A DNA stretch of 63,726 nt, filler included, from Octopus bimaculoides (GCF_001194135.2; 4 parts of 4 records of this genome joined end to end with filler, not necessarily neighbours in it), one strand, 5' to 3'; positions 38,284 through 52,240 are shown, counted from the first letter of the whole stretch. The notes: a model not told the origin generated them from the letters alone. Made by a program: numbers and translations.

Positions 38284-38790
38284 CTACGCTTGTTCCTTCC
38301 TGATCTTAATGTCTGCTTCGAAACTGCTCACCCAATCCCCTAAATGCTTGAAATTTTCAACAACATTCAATTTAGAACTGCTCAGAGAAAACAGTTTAGC
38401 AGCACTTGATTGGTTGAAAGACATGTATTTGGTTTTCTTGACATTTGCATGCAGTCCAATTTTGGCAGCTGATATTTCTACTCTGCAGAGCAGCTGTTGT
38501 GCTTGGTCTATTTCATCAGGTCTGTGATGGTTACTGCTGGTATATAAGGATGCTATGAATGGCCCTAAATGTGAAATGGCAGCAACATATGACAAACAAA
38601 TGCCTTTAATGAGACCTATTGAAAGTTAGCGAGAAGATCAGCAAAAACGGATGCAACTGTCTGGTCATTGCATGTGCCACCCTCAACTAAAAATATCCAA
38701 ATTATTCTTGTGGAACTGTAAGAAGAGGAAAATATCATCACACTTACTTCAACAACTTGATTGCAGACACTGGCCTAGAATGTATCCAGG
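38284..38790. mobile_element. Rearranged RTE-like RT fragments (minus, then plus)
   Basis: EIDQAQQLLCRVEISAAKIGLHANVKKTKYM (-); MQLSGHCMCHPQL..LFLW (+). Confidence 0.65.
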
Positions 38791-38989
38791 AACTCAAGGC
38801 AGTGATGTTGGACCGAAAAGTGTTGTGGGTGAACATTGTTGCTGTGGCCCGGGTTGGAACCTGGTCATAATAAATATATCTATAGCCAATTTTATTCTCA
38901 ACACATTTACACTTAGCTGCATATCCACACTAGCATTGCACATCCAGTGAAGCATGCTGATTTCATTTCTTTACATGTCCTCTGAAGTC

Positions 38990-41617
38990 ACTGCCCATGT
39001 TTCCCTACCATATAGCATAGTTGTTTGTACACAAGCATCATAAAACCTGCCTTTCCCTTTGTTACCAAAGATAAGAAAAAGTTTGCCAATGTTCTGCGCC
39101 GTGAGGACCAAAGACTTGAAGTATTTTGTGTAGCAAGACAGTGTGTGAGAGAGAATCGTGATGTCGTGGGAGAGAAATGTGTTCGCATGGATTATGGTAC
39201 ACTTGCACTAAACGAGGCTGCAAAGAAAGAGGTTTGGAGACGCCACTATGAAAGGTTGCTTAATAAAGAGAATGAATGGGAGAAAGAGAGTCTGCCGAAT
39301 GTCGACCCAACAGAGGGGTCAGCTATCCAAGTTGACAGTACCATGGTAGATAAAGCAATTAAGAATATGAAGACAGGGAAAGCCCCCGGCCCATCAGGAA
39401 TCACTGCAGAGATGCTCAAAATATCTGGCAGAGTCAGCTATAGCCTAGTCACCCATATTGTTAACCAGGTGATACACGAAGGAGTCATACCCAATGACTG
39501 GTTAGCAGCACCATAGTCAACTTCTGCAAAGGTAAAGGTGACGCTTTAGATACACATAATTACAGAGGTATCAAGTTATTAGATCTGGTAATGAAAGTCA
39601 CGGAGAGGGTCATAGCCCAACTAATTTGGGAGCGTGTCAGTTTAGATGAGATGCAGTTTGGGTTCGTGCCAGGGAAAAGCACCACTGATGCTATATTTCT
39701 GGTAAGACAGCTGCAGGAGAAATATGTAGCCGAGGTTAAACCTCTGTACCTGGCTTTCGTTGACATGGAGAAAGCCTTTGACAGGGTCCCTCGATCCCTT
39801 ATCTGGTGGTCAATGAGGAAACTAGGGATANNNNNNNNNNAAGCCTTTGACAGGGTCCCTCGATCCCTTATCTGGTGGTCAATGAGGAAACTAGGGATAG
39901 AAGAATGGTTAGTGAGAGCTGTGCGAGCCATGTACAGGCACGCTGTCAGTAAGGTGAGAGATGGCAATGAATAGTGAAGAATTCCGGGTAGAGGTAGGAG
40001 TCCATCAAGGTTCTGTCCTCAGTCCCCTTCTATTTATCATAGTCCTCCAGGCGATAACAGAGGAATTCAAGACAAGATGCCCCTGGGAGCTCCTCTATGC
40101 CGATGACCTTCCACTGATTGTTGAATCACTATCAGAGCTAGACGAGAAGTTTCAAGTGTGGAAGCAGGGACTAGAATCGAAGGGCCTTAAAGTCAACTTA
40201 GCTAAAACCAAAGTTCTAATAAGTAGGAAGGTAGACAAAACACAAACCCCTTCAGGTAGATGGCCCTACTTGATCTGTAGAAAAGGTGTAGGTAGAAACT
40301 CTATAAGATGTACCCAGTGCAAGCTATGGACACATAAGAGGTGCAGCAATATCAAAGGCAGGTTAACTGGGAAGTTAGTTTTTGTATGTGGCAGATGTTC
40401 AGGTGCAATAAACACTGAAAATGTGCAGAAAACAACTTCTGTCACATTCCAGGGAGAAAAACTGGACGTAGTTGATAGCTTCTGATATCTGGGTNNNNNN
40501 NNNNNNNNNNNNNNNNNNNNNNNNNNNNNNNNNNNNNNNNNNNNNNNNNNNNNNNNNNNNNNNNNNNNNNNNNNNNNNNNNNNNNNNNNNNNNNNNNNNN
40601 NNNNNNNNNNNNNNNNNNNNNNNNNNNNNNNNNNNNNNNNNNNNNNNNNNNNNNNNNNNNNNNNNNNNNNNNNNNNNNNNNNNNNNNNNNNNNNNNNNNN
40701 NNNNNNNNNNNNNNNNNNNNNNNNNNNGGTGTTGAAGCAAGACTTCCGAACATTAGGCCTCACCAAGGCAATGACTTCTGACCGAGACCTTCAGAAATAT
40801 GCTGAGCGTGAGAAGATCCGGCAAGCCAAGTGAGACCAAAATCTAAGGCCTCTGCCAGGGATGTAGCCAGCCCACTTATGCGTAACATTTATTCTTTGGA
40901 CACTAAACTCCGCTTGCAAAGACCTGTTGAGGCAAGTGAAATCGAAATCGAACTAAATTTGTAGACTGGCACCCATGCCAACGTCTCTTCATTGAACACT
41001 AAACTCTGCTTGTGAAGACCTGTTGGGGCAAGCGAAAGTGAAATCGTGATGGCACCTGTACCAGTAAATCACTAAGAGCACCGTCCGAGTGTGATCGTTG
41101 CCAGAGCATCAACTGTCTGGCTTCTGTGCCGGTGGCACATAAATAGTACTATTCAAGTGTGACCGTTACCAACGTCGCCTGCCTGGCACTTGTGCCAGTG
41201 GCACATGAAAAGACATTCGAGTGAGTTCGTTGCCAGTACCGCTGGACTGGCCCCTGTGCAGGTGGCACGTAAAATACACCACTTCGAGCGTGGCCGTTGC
41301 CAGTACCTCCTGACTGGCCTTCGTGCCGGTGGCACGTAAAAGCACGCACTACACTCTCAGAGTGGTTGGCGTTAGGAAGGGCATCCAGCTGTAGAANNNN
41401 NNNNNNTACCTCCTGACTGGCCTTCGTGCCGGTGGCACGTAAAAGCACGCACTACACTCTCAGAGTGGTTGGCGTTAGGAAGGGCATCCAGCTGTAGAAA
41501 CTCTGCCAAATCAGATTGGAGCCTGGTGTAGCCATCTGGTTCACCAGTCCTCAGTCAAATTGTCCAACCCATGCTAGCATGGAAAGCGGACGTTAAATGA
41601 TGATGATGATGATGATG
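38990..41617 (+). mobile_element. RTE-clade LINE, 5'-truncated, with RT, 3' UTR and (GAT)n tail
   Basis: GKAPGPSGI, QFGFVPGKSTTDAIF, GVHQGSVLSP and LLYADD motifs; frameshifts and gaps. Confidence 0.93.
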
Positions 41618-41899
41618 AAAAGTAACAGCACTCTGAATCTGGTTCAGCTGTTTCTTATTTAAGTATCTACACTTTTAGAGTATCCTCTACCACTGCCAAT
41701 TTAGTCACCTAAGTAACAGAAATGTTTTACTATCTCTAAAGATTCCCCTGGGCATTGAAGGAAATCTATTTCCTGTGTGTTCCTAGTGTTTATAGTTCTT
41801 GGACATCTGCCACACACAAAAACTACTTTCTCTGTTAACCTTCCTGTGATCCCACTGTGCCTCTTACGTGTCCATAGCTTGCACTGGGTACACAGAATA

Positions 41900-42700
41900 G
41901 AATATACATATTGAGCAGAGCCATTTCTCTGAAAGGATTAGTAATTTCTTTGCTTTCCTGCTTTATTCTTTGAAAAATTAACTCTAAGGTCCTTTGATTC
42001 CAGGCCTTGCTTCCACACCAGAAATTTCTTCTCTAAATCTATAGATTCAGGTATAAGAACAAGGTTATCAGCATAGAGAAACTCCCATGGGCAAGCAGTT
42101 TTAAAATATTTTGTTATGGCCAAAAGGACTACAATAAATAAGAGGTGGTTAAGAACTGAGCCTTGGTGAACTTATATCTGCACACTAAACTCACTGCTGA
42201 CTGTTGACTATATATATATATTTGGTTCACAGCAAAAACAGAAGTGAAGTTTTCTTTTAATCTTTGTCTTATTTTATTCAAATATAACCCATTGAATGCT
42301 TCTCCCATCAGCATTCCCCACCCACCAAGGGTGCCAAGAAGAAGACGGATCTGGAAACTTAAGGATCCTCTGAGAAATTTGACAAGGAGGAAGAACTACA
42401 GACTTGTGACAGAGGACAACAGGAACTCCTACAGGACAGCTTGCTGAGTGTCACAGACCAAATCTCTGACTGGTGCAAAGTCCTATCCAAACCAAGGGTG
42501 ATGTGATTCTTTTCACTTCCATCTCAATACGTCTGCATACAATGAGAAACACGTTTTAATGACATGTGCTGGAAAAGTAAAATTTTAAGTATACTTGACA
42601 GCAGTTTTTCTATCACATATGTGAACCTCTCGAAAGATCAAAACTGAATGTAACAGGACTTTTGCAAAGCCCAGTACATGACTTTCTACCCTAGCTAACC
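41900..42700. mobile_element. Scrambled RTE fragments
   Basis: CPWEFLYADNL (-) and RRRIWKLKDP (+). Confidence 0.65.
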
Positions 42701-43059
42701 ATGCTCCTGTTCTGTGAGTGGAGGTCCCTTGCCACTCCTTGTACCTATATACTTGTGTGCACACACCTGTCAGAATACTGTATAAATGTATGAATGCACT
42801 TATGTGGACCCCATATATATGTATATGTGATGGTGGGTGTATGTGCATGTGGGTATGTATGAACTTATTCGCATCAAAGTGTACGTTTATGTGGACTGCA
42901 TGTTCATGCGTGTGTGTGTGTGTGTGTATATGTATATATATGTGTATATATATATATATNNNNNNNNNNNNNNNNNNNNNNNNNNNNNNNNNNNNNNNNN
43001 NNNNNNNNNNNNNNNNNNNNNNNNNNNNNNNNNNNNNNNNNNNNNNNNNNNNNNNNNNN

Positions 43060-44130
43060 ACCCTTAATTATGAACATGACAAAAAAAGGACCTTTGTTTA
43101 CTTTTCTTGCATGAGTTCAAGCTAGGGCACAATGCCTCCCAAGCTGTTGCCAATATCAACAGAGCATAGGGAAAGGGGTCGACAAGTGATTGCACAGTAC
43201 AAAGGTGGTTTCAAACATTCTGCAGTGGTGATGAGAACCTTGAAGATGAAGGCAGAGGATGGTTATGCAGTCTTGACAATGAACAATTGAAAGAAATTGT
43301 TGAACAAAACTCAAGTCAAAGTGTCAGAGAAATATCTCAGGCACTTGGTGTCAGTATTGCAATGGTCTCATGCAATCTGCAGAAAATTGGTAAGGTGAAA
43401 AAGCATGAGCTCAATGAAAATCAAAAAGTTTGGCATTTTGAAGTGTGCTCGATGCTCTTTCTGTGAAACACCAATGATCCTTTTCTCGACTGAATAGACA
43501 TTTGTGACGAAATGTGGATCCTTTATGATAACTGTAAACGATCAGGTCAATGGATTAATTATGATGAGTCCCCCAAACATTTGCCAAAACTAAAGTTGCA
43601 TCAGTAAAAGATTGTGGTGACTGTCTGGTGGTTTGTAATTGGTGTTGTCTATTACACCTTTCTGGAAGCCAATCAGAGCATTACAGTAGAGGTTTACTGC
43701 AATCAACTCGCTGAAATGCATGTTCACTTGCAAAAAATGAGACCTGCATCGGCGAATCGCCGTAGCCCAATTCTACTCCACGATAATGCAAAGCCACATG
43801 TTGCAAGAATGCTGCAGAAATTCATAGACTTGGGATACAAGACTTTACCACAACCTCCATATTCTCCTGATCTTTCACCTACTGACTACCATTTTTTAAG
43901 CATTTAAGCACGTTTTTAAGTGATAAAACTTTCAGGTCCAAACCAGAGGTGGAATCAGCTTTCAAAGATTTCTTAGCATCGATGCCTATAAGTTTTTATC
44001 AACGAGGCATAGATAAACTCATTGATTGATGTCAGAGATGCATAGATGTTCATAGCTCATACTTTGTATTGTAATTTTTTCAGAATAAAATTGTTTCTGA
44101 AATCACCCATTATTTTCAGAACAACCTAAT
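43060..44130 (+). mobile_element. Degenerate mariner, Hsmar1/cecropia-like
   Basis: LHEFKLGHNASQA..RWF..G, WILYDN, LLHDNAKPH and PPYSPDLSPTDYHF. Confidence 0.88.
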
Positions 44131-44295
44131 ATATGTGTGTGTGGATGTGGGTACGTATGATCTTATATATATTTATGTGTGTGTGTATGTGAGATTCATG
44201 CCATACAGTGTAGTCTTTGTATATGTAAACATGTAAGATGTATGCATATATTTACATATAAAAGTACGCTTATATGGATTGCGTGGTCATGCGAG

Positions 44296-44338
<43 letters not shown>

Positions 44339-44358
44339 TAATTGTTTTCCATACTTAC

Positions 44359-44390
44359 AGTTGAAAAAGTCTGAATGACTGAAACCAGTA
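44359..44390 (-). CDS. Candidate 32-nt exon (TGFSHSDFFN in the frame that joins 32253)
   Basis: catttcag| and |gtaagt in unique sequence between TA tracts. Confidence 0.4.
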
Positions 44391-44682
44391 CTGAAATGGT
44401 TTTTTATAAAATTATTTTAGCATTTTCAACCTTGACTTTTTTTTCCATATATATATATANNNNNNNNNNNNNNNNNNNNNNNNNNNNNNNNNNNNNNNNN
44501 NNNNNNNNNNNNNNNNNNNNNNNNNNNNNNNNNNNNNNNNNNNNNNNNNNNNNNNNNNNNNNNNNNNNNNNNNNNNNNNNNNNNNNNNNNNNNNNNNNNN
44601 NNNNNNNNNNNNNNNNNNNNNNNNNNNNNNNNNNNNNNNNNNNNNNNNNNNNNNNNNNNNNNNNNNNNNNNNNNNNNNNATA

Positions 44683-45578
44683 TATGAAGGGGTACCCAAA
44701 AGTAACTGGAAACATTCTCTGAGGGACAAGCCTGTTGTAGTTCAGGCTTCTGCTGCTAGAAGCTACTTGATACAACCCCCAAGCAGTCTGCTAATCGCTG
44801 GCAGCAGCTTAAGTCATACTACTATGTGGTGCATCTTTGTTTTGCAGTGCTTCTCCACTGTTTGTCAATTTTTGCAATGGCCAAAATGAAGGTACAGCAT
44901 GCTTCCATGAAATTCTGTTTTTCGCTGGGGAAAACAGTGGCCAAAACAGTTGTTATGCTTCAAACAGCTAACAAGGATACTGCCATGAGTAAAACACAAG
45001 TGGTTTCCACACTTTAGGAATGGTCACTTGTCACTTGAAGACCAACCCTCATTCAGGATGAATGTCGACCTCCCAAACGAATGCAAACATCACCAAAATT
45101 CATGAATGGATCTTTGAGGATTGTCGCCGAACAATTGACAAACTTGTTGAGATGACTGGTGTGTCCTGGAGCTCCAGCCAATGAATTTTGAGCAAGGAGT
45201 TGCAAATGAAAAGAGCTACAGCAAAATTTATGCTTCACTTGCTCACAGAAGATCAAAAGCAGTCATGACTGAATGTGTATCATGAACAGATAGAACAGTT
45301 GGAAGTTGATCTGGACCTTTTTTGAAGGTCATCGCTGGTGATGAAAGCTGGTGCTATGGAATTTGAAGATGTACAAGAGGTGAAGAATAACTGATGGAGG
45401 TGTTAAAAGGCATCACTTAGCAAGAATTCCAGTACTGCTTTGAACAGTGGAAAACGTGCCTGGACAGATGCATTGCTTAAAATGGAGAATACTTTGAAGG
45501 CGATAAAAGTGTAAACATGTAAAACTAAGTGAAAATAATATTGAAAAATTCCGGTTTCTTTTAGTACCTGCCTCGCAT
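44683..45578 (+). mobile_element. Internally deleted mariner
   Basis: GGGGTACCCAAAAGTAACTGGAA / TTCCGGTTTCTTTTAGTACC TIRs; MKFCFSLGKT and GDESWCYG remnants. Confidence 0.75.
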
Positions 45579-45708
45579 ATGTGTGTGTGTGTGGGTATAT
45601 GTGTGTATATATGGCTTTATATATGTGTGTGTGTAAATATGTAAGATTCATTCCATGCTGTGTAGTGTTTGTATATATAAACATCTATATCTATATAGCT
45701 GAGTTTGT

Positions 45709-45741
<33 letters not shown>

Positions 45742-45744
45742 GCA

Positions 45745-46838
45745 TCTATAGAAATCCACACCTTACAAGATAGCAGGCTGGGAGTCGCACCAATGGATTC
45801 CTCATGGTCGAAAATGCCCAGAATCGGCCATTTATTATTTTTTTTATTGCTTCCTAAGATGTGAATTTTTGTATTAAAAATAATTTAAAAACAAAACTTA
45901 TAACAATTTTAAAGTCGGAGCATGAGTTAAGTCCCCTTCTCGCGACGGTGATCCTTCACAAACGATCACCTATTATTTTGTAAACAATGTTACGAAACTG
46001 TTCATGTTTTCCAATTATATATATAAATATATATATTTATATATATGCTTTCGGTGCAAATGGTTTTCTTATACGACGCCGTATTTTACAATCATGTAAA
46101 TAATAATAATAATGGTATTTTTTTTATATAAGCTTCAACTTTATGGCGTTCACCGTGTAATGACTAAGAAAAATAGTCTAATAACGAGGCATATAAGCAC
46201 TCAACAGAAAAAACAAGGCTTTCCTATCCGTTTGTGAAGGTAACACACACAGTCATGCTAATAAAGGGATGTGGATTCACGTCCCACGCGCATGGGAAAA
46301 CATTCTTTTTTCTGTCGAGGGCTTATATGCTCCGTTAGTACACTATTTTCGTTAGTCATTGCACGGTGAACAGTATAAGCTTTAAGCTTATATAAAAATG
46401 CCATTATTATTATTTACAGGATTGTAAAATACGCCACCGTATAATAAAGCCATTCGCACCAAAAGCATATATATATATATATATGCTTACTATAGCCTCA
46501 GGCTGACCAAAATCTTGTGAGTGGATTACGTACTCGGAAACTGCAAGAAGACTGTCGTATATATGTGTATATTTGTGTATGTGTGTGCCTGTGTCTTGTG
46601 TTTGTACCCCCACCATTCCTTGACAACTGATGTTGCTGTGTTTACATTCCTGTAACTTAGCGGTTTCGTAAAAGACACTGACAGAATGAGCACAAGGCTT
46701 ACAAAGAATAAATCCTGTGGTTGATTTCTTTGACCAACGATGGTGCTCCACCATGGCCGCAGTCACATGACTGAAACAAGTAAAGCAATAAAAATCTATG
46801 CCATTTTAATCCCGAGCAAGGCAAGGTATTTCTGCTAG
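45745..46838 (+). mobile_element. Candidate non-autonomous Helitron containing a MITE and a SINE
   Basis: A|TC 5' end; CCCGAGCAAGGCAAGG..TGCTAG|T 3' end. Confidence 0.5.
46046..46467. mobile_element. Foldback MITE with ~170-bp terminal inverted repeats in a TA tract
   Basis: 46046-46220 is the reverse complement of ~46300-46467. Confidence 0.85.
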
Positions 46839-47129
46839 TATAAGATAAATGCTGTGTATACATATAGTCATATAAGACTACTTTCTTGCTCTCTTTACCC
46901 CACTCTTGGCTGGCCCTTAATCTAGATGCTGAAACTGTACTTCACTGAATTGAATAAACCATGTACCAAGGCTCTATGCTACCTAGCAAGTGTTTGCGCA
47001 GATCTTCTTTTCGGGTATTGATAAAAGCCCCACAATAACTACTTTTCCATTGTTCCTCCCATGTACACAATTTTAGAGGCACAATGATCAATATTGGCAC
47101 AATGAAGGGAGAGGTCTGGTGAGCTTATC

Positions 47130-50100
47130 AAAATGATGGAGTATTGCCATGTCAGTGTGAGGTGTGCAAGAAGTGAGATGGAAGGGACTTCTGCTAGATT
47201 CCTCACAGGAAAGAGATAGAGGTTCAAATTCTTCTGGGTAGGCAGGAGTGATGGAGTGGGCATAAAAAAAAGCAGAAAAGTGGGTAGATAAGGTAACTGA
47301 GGCAGTCAGAGTATGTGATAGGGTTATTAAGCTGAGACTTGTCATAGATAAATTAACAGTTACATTTATCACTGTCTATTCTCCTCAGGCTGGGCTGGCT
47401 GATGACCTGAAGGACCAACTCTATGAGGTCCTTTTGCAGACTACTTCAGTGACAAATGACAAAGACTTAGTTATTGTGATTGACAACTTTAATGGACATG
47501 TTGGGCAGCATTCCCATGGATTCTATGGTGTGCATGGTGGTTATGGCTTTGGCCCCAGGAATGAGGAGGGAACAAAGCTACTGCAGGTTTGTGATGCAAA
47601 TGATCTTATGATCTGCAACACTAACTTCAGAAAACCAGCCAGTCACCTAATTACTTAGTCTGGTCAATTACCTCCTCACCAAGCAATGAGAGGCTGATGC
47701 TTACAAATGTGAAGTCTTTCATCTTTCCCAGGTGAAGTGTGTACACATCAACAAAGGCTACTAGTTAGTGACTTCAGAATTACAGCTTGAAAGTCTCAGA
47801 AAAATAAACCATACTAGAAAAGAAGATTATGGAAGCTCAAGGACCTAGCAAACCAACAGAAATTTAAAGATATTCTAATGGAAGCCTCTAATGACAAAGA
47901 CGAGGAGAGATATAGCTTAGAAGACAACTGGAAATTTCTGCAGGACAATTTACTGGGGGCCGCTGACCAAATCTGTGGCGGGTGCAAAGTCCCAACTAGG
48001 TTGAGGGTGACATGATGGTGGAACAAGGAGATGAACAGCGCTACAAAAGCAAAGAGACAGGCCTAGAAAGACTGGAACAATGGTAGAAGTAGAGAATTAT
48101 ATCAGATAGCCAGAAGGGAGGCTAGCTGACAGGTTTACATAGTAAAAGGAAAAGCAGAAGTTAAGAGGTCTGCCAATGTTCTATAGCATGTGGATCATAG
48201 GCATGAAATGTTCAGGATTGCAAAGCAGTGTATCAGAAAGAATAGAGATGTGATGGGTGAGAAATGTATGCAAATATATAATGGTATGCTTGTGCTTTGT
48301 GACTGAGAGATGAAAGATGTGTGAAGATGCCACTACGAAAGGTTATTAAATGTGGAATATGTATGGGAGAAGAAAAGTCTTTCAAATATCAAACCAATTG
48401 AGGGACTAGCCATCAGAGTTGATAGTAGTATAATAGATAAGGCAATTAAGGATACAAAGGAAAGGAAAACCCTTGGCTCATCAGGCATCATTGCCAAGAT
48501 GATTAAAATATCACTTGCATAGTTAATCAGGTTATTCAGGAAGGTGTCATCCCCAATGAGTGGTGTAGTTGTATTATAGTTAACTGCTACAAAGGTAAAG
48601 GTGATGTCTTAGAAACGACTACAGAAGTATCAAACTGCTGGACCAGATCATGAAAGTTAGAGAGAGAGTTATAGCTCAATTGATTAGGAATAGAATTAAA
48701 CTAGATGAGAAGCAGTTTGGTTTTGTTCCAGGGAGAAATACCAAATATACCATCTTCCTAGCAAGACAGCAGCTGGAAAAGTATTTGGCCAAAAGTAAAT
48801 CATTGTGTTTGGCTTTCATCGACCTAGAGTAAGCTTTCGACAGAGTTCTGCTATCTAGTAGTTTCTAAGGAAGTTAGGAGTAGAGGAGTGGCTTGTTAGA
48901 ACTGCACAAGCCATGTACAGCGGTGCTGTCAGTAAGGTGAGAGTCAGCCTTGAATTCCATGATGAATTTAGTGTACAAGTTGGAGACCACCAGGGATCAG
49001 TTCTCAGTCCACTCTTATTCATCATAGTCCTTCAGGCCATAACAGAGAAATTCAAAACTGGATTCCCATGGGAACTGCTATATGCTGACGACCTCGCTCT
49101 TATTGCAGAATCTGAAGTAGAATTAGAGAAGTATGGAAACAAAATCTGGAATCAAAGTTAACCTAGTAAAGACTAAAGTTGTTAGCAAGAAAGGAGATAA
49201 GATTTGCTTTCTGCCAGGTAAATGGCCCTGCCCAATATGTAGGACAGAAGCGGGAAATAATTCCATTCATTACACCCAGTGTAAGCTATAGACACATAAG
49301 AGATGCTGTGGAATCAAAAGTAGACTAAGTAATAAGGTAACTTTCGTGTATGGCAGATGTACAGGAACAATAAAAACTAAGAGCACGAGGGACTTAGACT
49401 CCCTCAAATGCCCTGGAGGCTCTCTTGAAATAGTTGATAGTTTCTGTTACTTAGGTGACCAAATTAGTAATGGTGATGGGTGCTCTAAAAGTATTGTTTC
49501 CAGAATAAGAATAGGATGGAGGAAGTTCACAGAGCTGCTACCTCTGTTGGCAACAAAAGGACTCTCTCTCTCTCTGTCTTAGAGTGAAAGGTAGATTGTA
49601 TGATGCTTGTGTATGAATGGATATACTCTATAGTAGTAAGACATGGGTTCTGAATGCGGAGGAGATACACAGACTGGAGAGGAATGAAGGTAGTATGCTC
49701 TGTTGGATGTGTAGCATCAGTGTGTGTGAACGACAAAGCACAACTATGTTGAGAGAAAAGTTGGGCATAAGAGGAATTAGATGTGGCCTGCAGGAGAGGA
49801 GATTGGACATGTGATTGATATGAGTACAGACAGCTGTATACAGAAGTGCCTGTCACTGAAAGTAGATGGTACCTGTGGAAGAGAGAGACCCAGGAAGACA
49901 TGGGATGAAATGGTGAGGATCAATCTCAGGATGTTAGGGCTCAGCAAGGAAATGACAATGGACCGAGATGCCTGGCAATATGAGGTTCTAGAGAAGACCT
50001 GCCCACATCAACAAAACTGAGTGCTAGAAGCATTGTGTCTCACCCACATGTAACAATAAGCTTTTCACACACCCAACCTCATCAAATTAAACTATGTCTC

Positions 50101-51172
50101 CTCTTCTAAACTGCATTTTTCTTCCTCACATTTCCTCTACATACACTATGATTATCTCCCACTCCTCATCCCTGTTCTTACTGCCCTGTTCACTGTATCA
50201 CTGCTTTCCCCCACCCTTCTTTATACCCAGGTTCTCACCAGTCACTGCAATCCCCACTACCTACTCGTGCCTTCTTGGCAATACCTGGTTGAGTATCTGG
50301 AGAGCATGCCTTGGCAATTGCCACCATTTACCTCTCTCTTCCTTACACTATCATTTCATCTATGCTCTGATTCCTGTTACTTGTGAGTATACCTTNNNNN
50401 NNNNNCTATGCTCTGATTCCTGTTACTTGTGAGTATACCTTGGCACTTCACCACCATCTCTCTCCTGCTCTCTCTTGCACTTTTGCTGTTTCCTACCCTT
50501 TCTCTCTTTCCCTTGCTCTTCCCTCTTGCTGGATAGCTATATATCTCCTCTACAGCAGCACACCGATTTCTACCCTCACTCTTGATCACTCTCTCACTCC
50601 TTCTCTTGCTCACTCTCTCACTAGCTGGGTAATCATGTACCTCTTCTATAGCAAGACACCTGTTTCTACCTCTCTGCTTCTCTGTCTCACTCTAACAGTT
50701 CATCATTTGACACAAGATCACCTCCCTCAATGCCACCTACCTCCTCTATAGCAAGACACTTGTTTCTGTCTTTCTGTCTCTGTAACATTAACCTTTCATC
50801 ATCTGATACAAGATCTCCTCCCCCAATGCCCCCCCCCCCCTCAAAATTCTTTGTCTTACAAATTACTTGGTGACCCTGCCAGTGTCACGTAAAAAGCATC
50901 CAGTCCACACCTTAAAGTGGATGGCATTTCTAAGGGCATCCAGCTGTAAAAACCATGCTAAAACTGACCTTGCCTGTGCTGATGCCATGTCAAAAGCATT
51001 CAGTTGACTCTGTGAAGTGGTTGGTGTTAGGAAGAGTATCCAGTTGTAAAAACCCTGCCAAAACAAATACAGTAGCCCGAGGTAGTCTTCTACTTGGCTG
51101 GCTCCTGTTAAACTATCCAACCTATGCCTGCATGGAAGGTGGATGTTAAACGATAATGATGGTGATGATGAT
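47130..51172 (+). mobile_element. Degenerate near full-length RTE LINE (APE endonuclease, RT, long pyrimidine-rich 3' UTR)
   Basis: VYSPQAG, DNFNGHVG, NTNFRK, QGSVLSP, LLYADD and GRERPRKTW motifs; (GAT)n-like tail. Confidence 0.9.
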
Positions 51173-51409
51173 GTGATATATATACATATCTTTTACTTGT
51201 TTCAGTCATTTGACTATGGCCATGAAGGGTTTTTGTTGAAAAAAATCGACCCCCACCACCCCTGGACTTTTTTTAAAGCCTGGTACTTATTCCCTCAAAT
51301 TCCTTTTGCTGAACCACTAAGTTACAGGGATGTAAACACACCAACACCAGTTATCAAGCAGTGGCAGGGGACAAACACACACATACACATATAGTCATAC
51401 TAGCTTAAA

Positions 51410-51680
51410 AACCGTCCTATCGGGTGGCTTTTATTGTCCTATCAGGCGCCTTTTAAGCTAGCTCCTGTGGAGGGCTCTTCATTGGGCCTTGGGCCCAATA
51501 ATGACACTTCATGCATTGAGCACATATTAAATTTTATTACACTTGAACAATATTTTTCAAGCAATGAACAATTTTCATCAAAATAATGATATAATTTGTC
51601 AATTGGAACTTATTGCAANNNNNNNNNNAATAATGATATAATTTGTCAATTGGAACTTATTGCAAAGCTGCATGATAAAC
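51410..51680 (-). mobile_element. Helitron 3' end remnant
   Basis: Minus strand HAALQ*V (cf. YVALSRV), KNIV, then hairpin and CTAG|T terminus. Confidence 0.5.
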
Positions 51681-52240
51681 AACAGTACCACCACCATCAC
51701 CACCACATCTGCCATACACCACATCATCTACACTTCTGACACCACCACCATCAATATCTTTGATTTCGCCACCTTCCCCACCACCACTGTCTTTCACATC
51801 ACTTACTCTCACCATCATCCCTGACCGCCTCGGCTACCACCACCACCAACACCGCTGCCTCCGCCTCTATCACAACCACAGCTCATACTATTATTATCAC
51901 CCATTACCATCAAAGAAAGGCTAAATGTGTGTGCAAAACAATTGTGTTCAGTATGTTGGTTCAGTGTTCAGTTACTCTTTCTCTCTTATTATTACTCCCA
52001 CTGTCACCATCAACACCAACTTTTAATAAAAACATCATCAACTCTCCCTAAATTTCTGCCTCTCTTTCCCTCCCTTCCTTTTTCTTTCTCTCTCTCTGTC
52101 TATCTTTGCCCTCACCATCTCTATGCCTACTATTACTCTCACCCCAGCATGAGCAATAATGGAAGTGTCAATGAATAGTAAGAGAGGGGGTCAAAGTGTG
52201 ACACATTGAACTTAATTTTGGCATTTATTATATTAGATAT

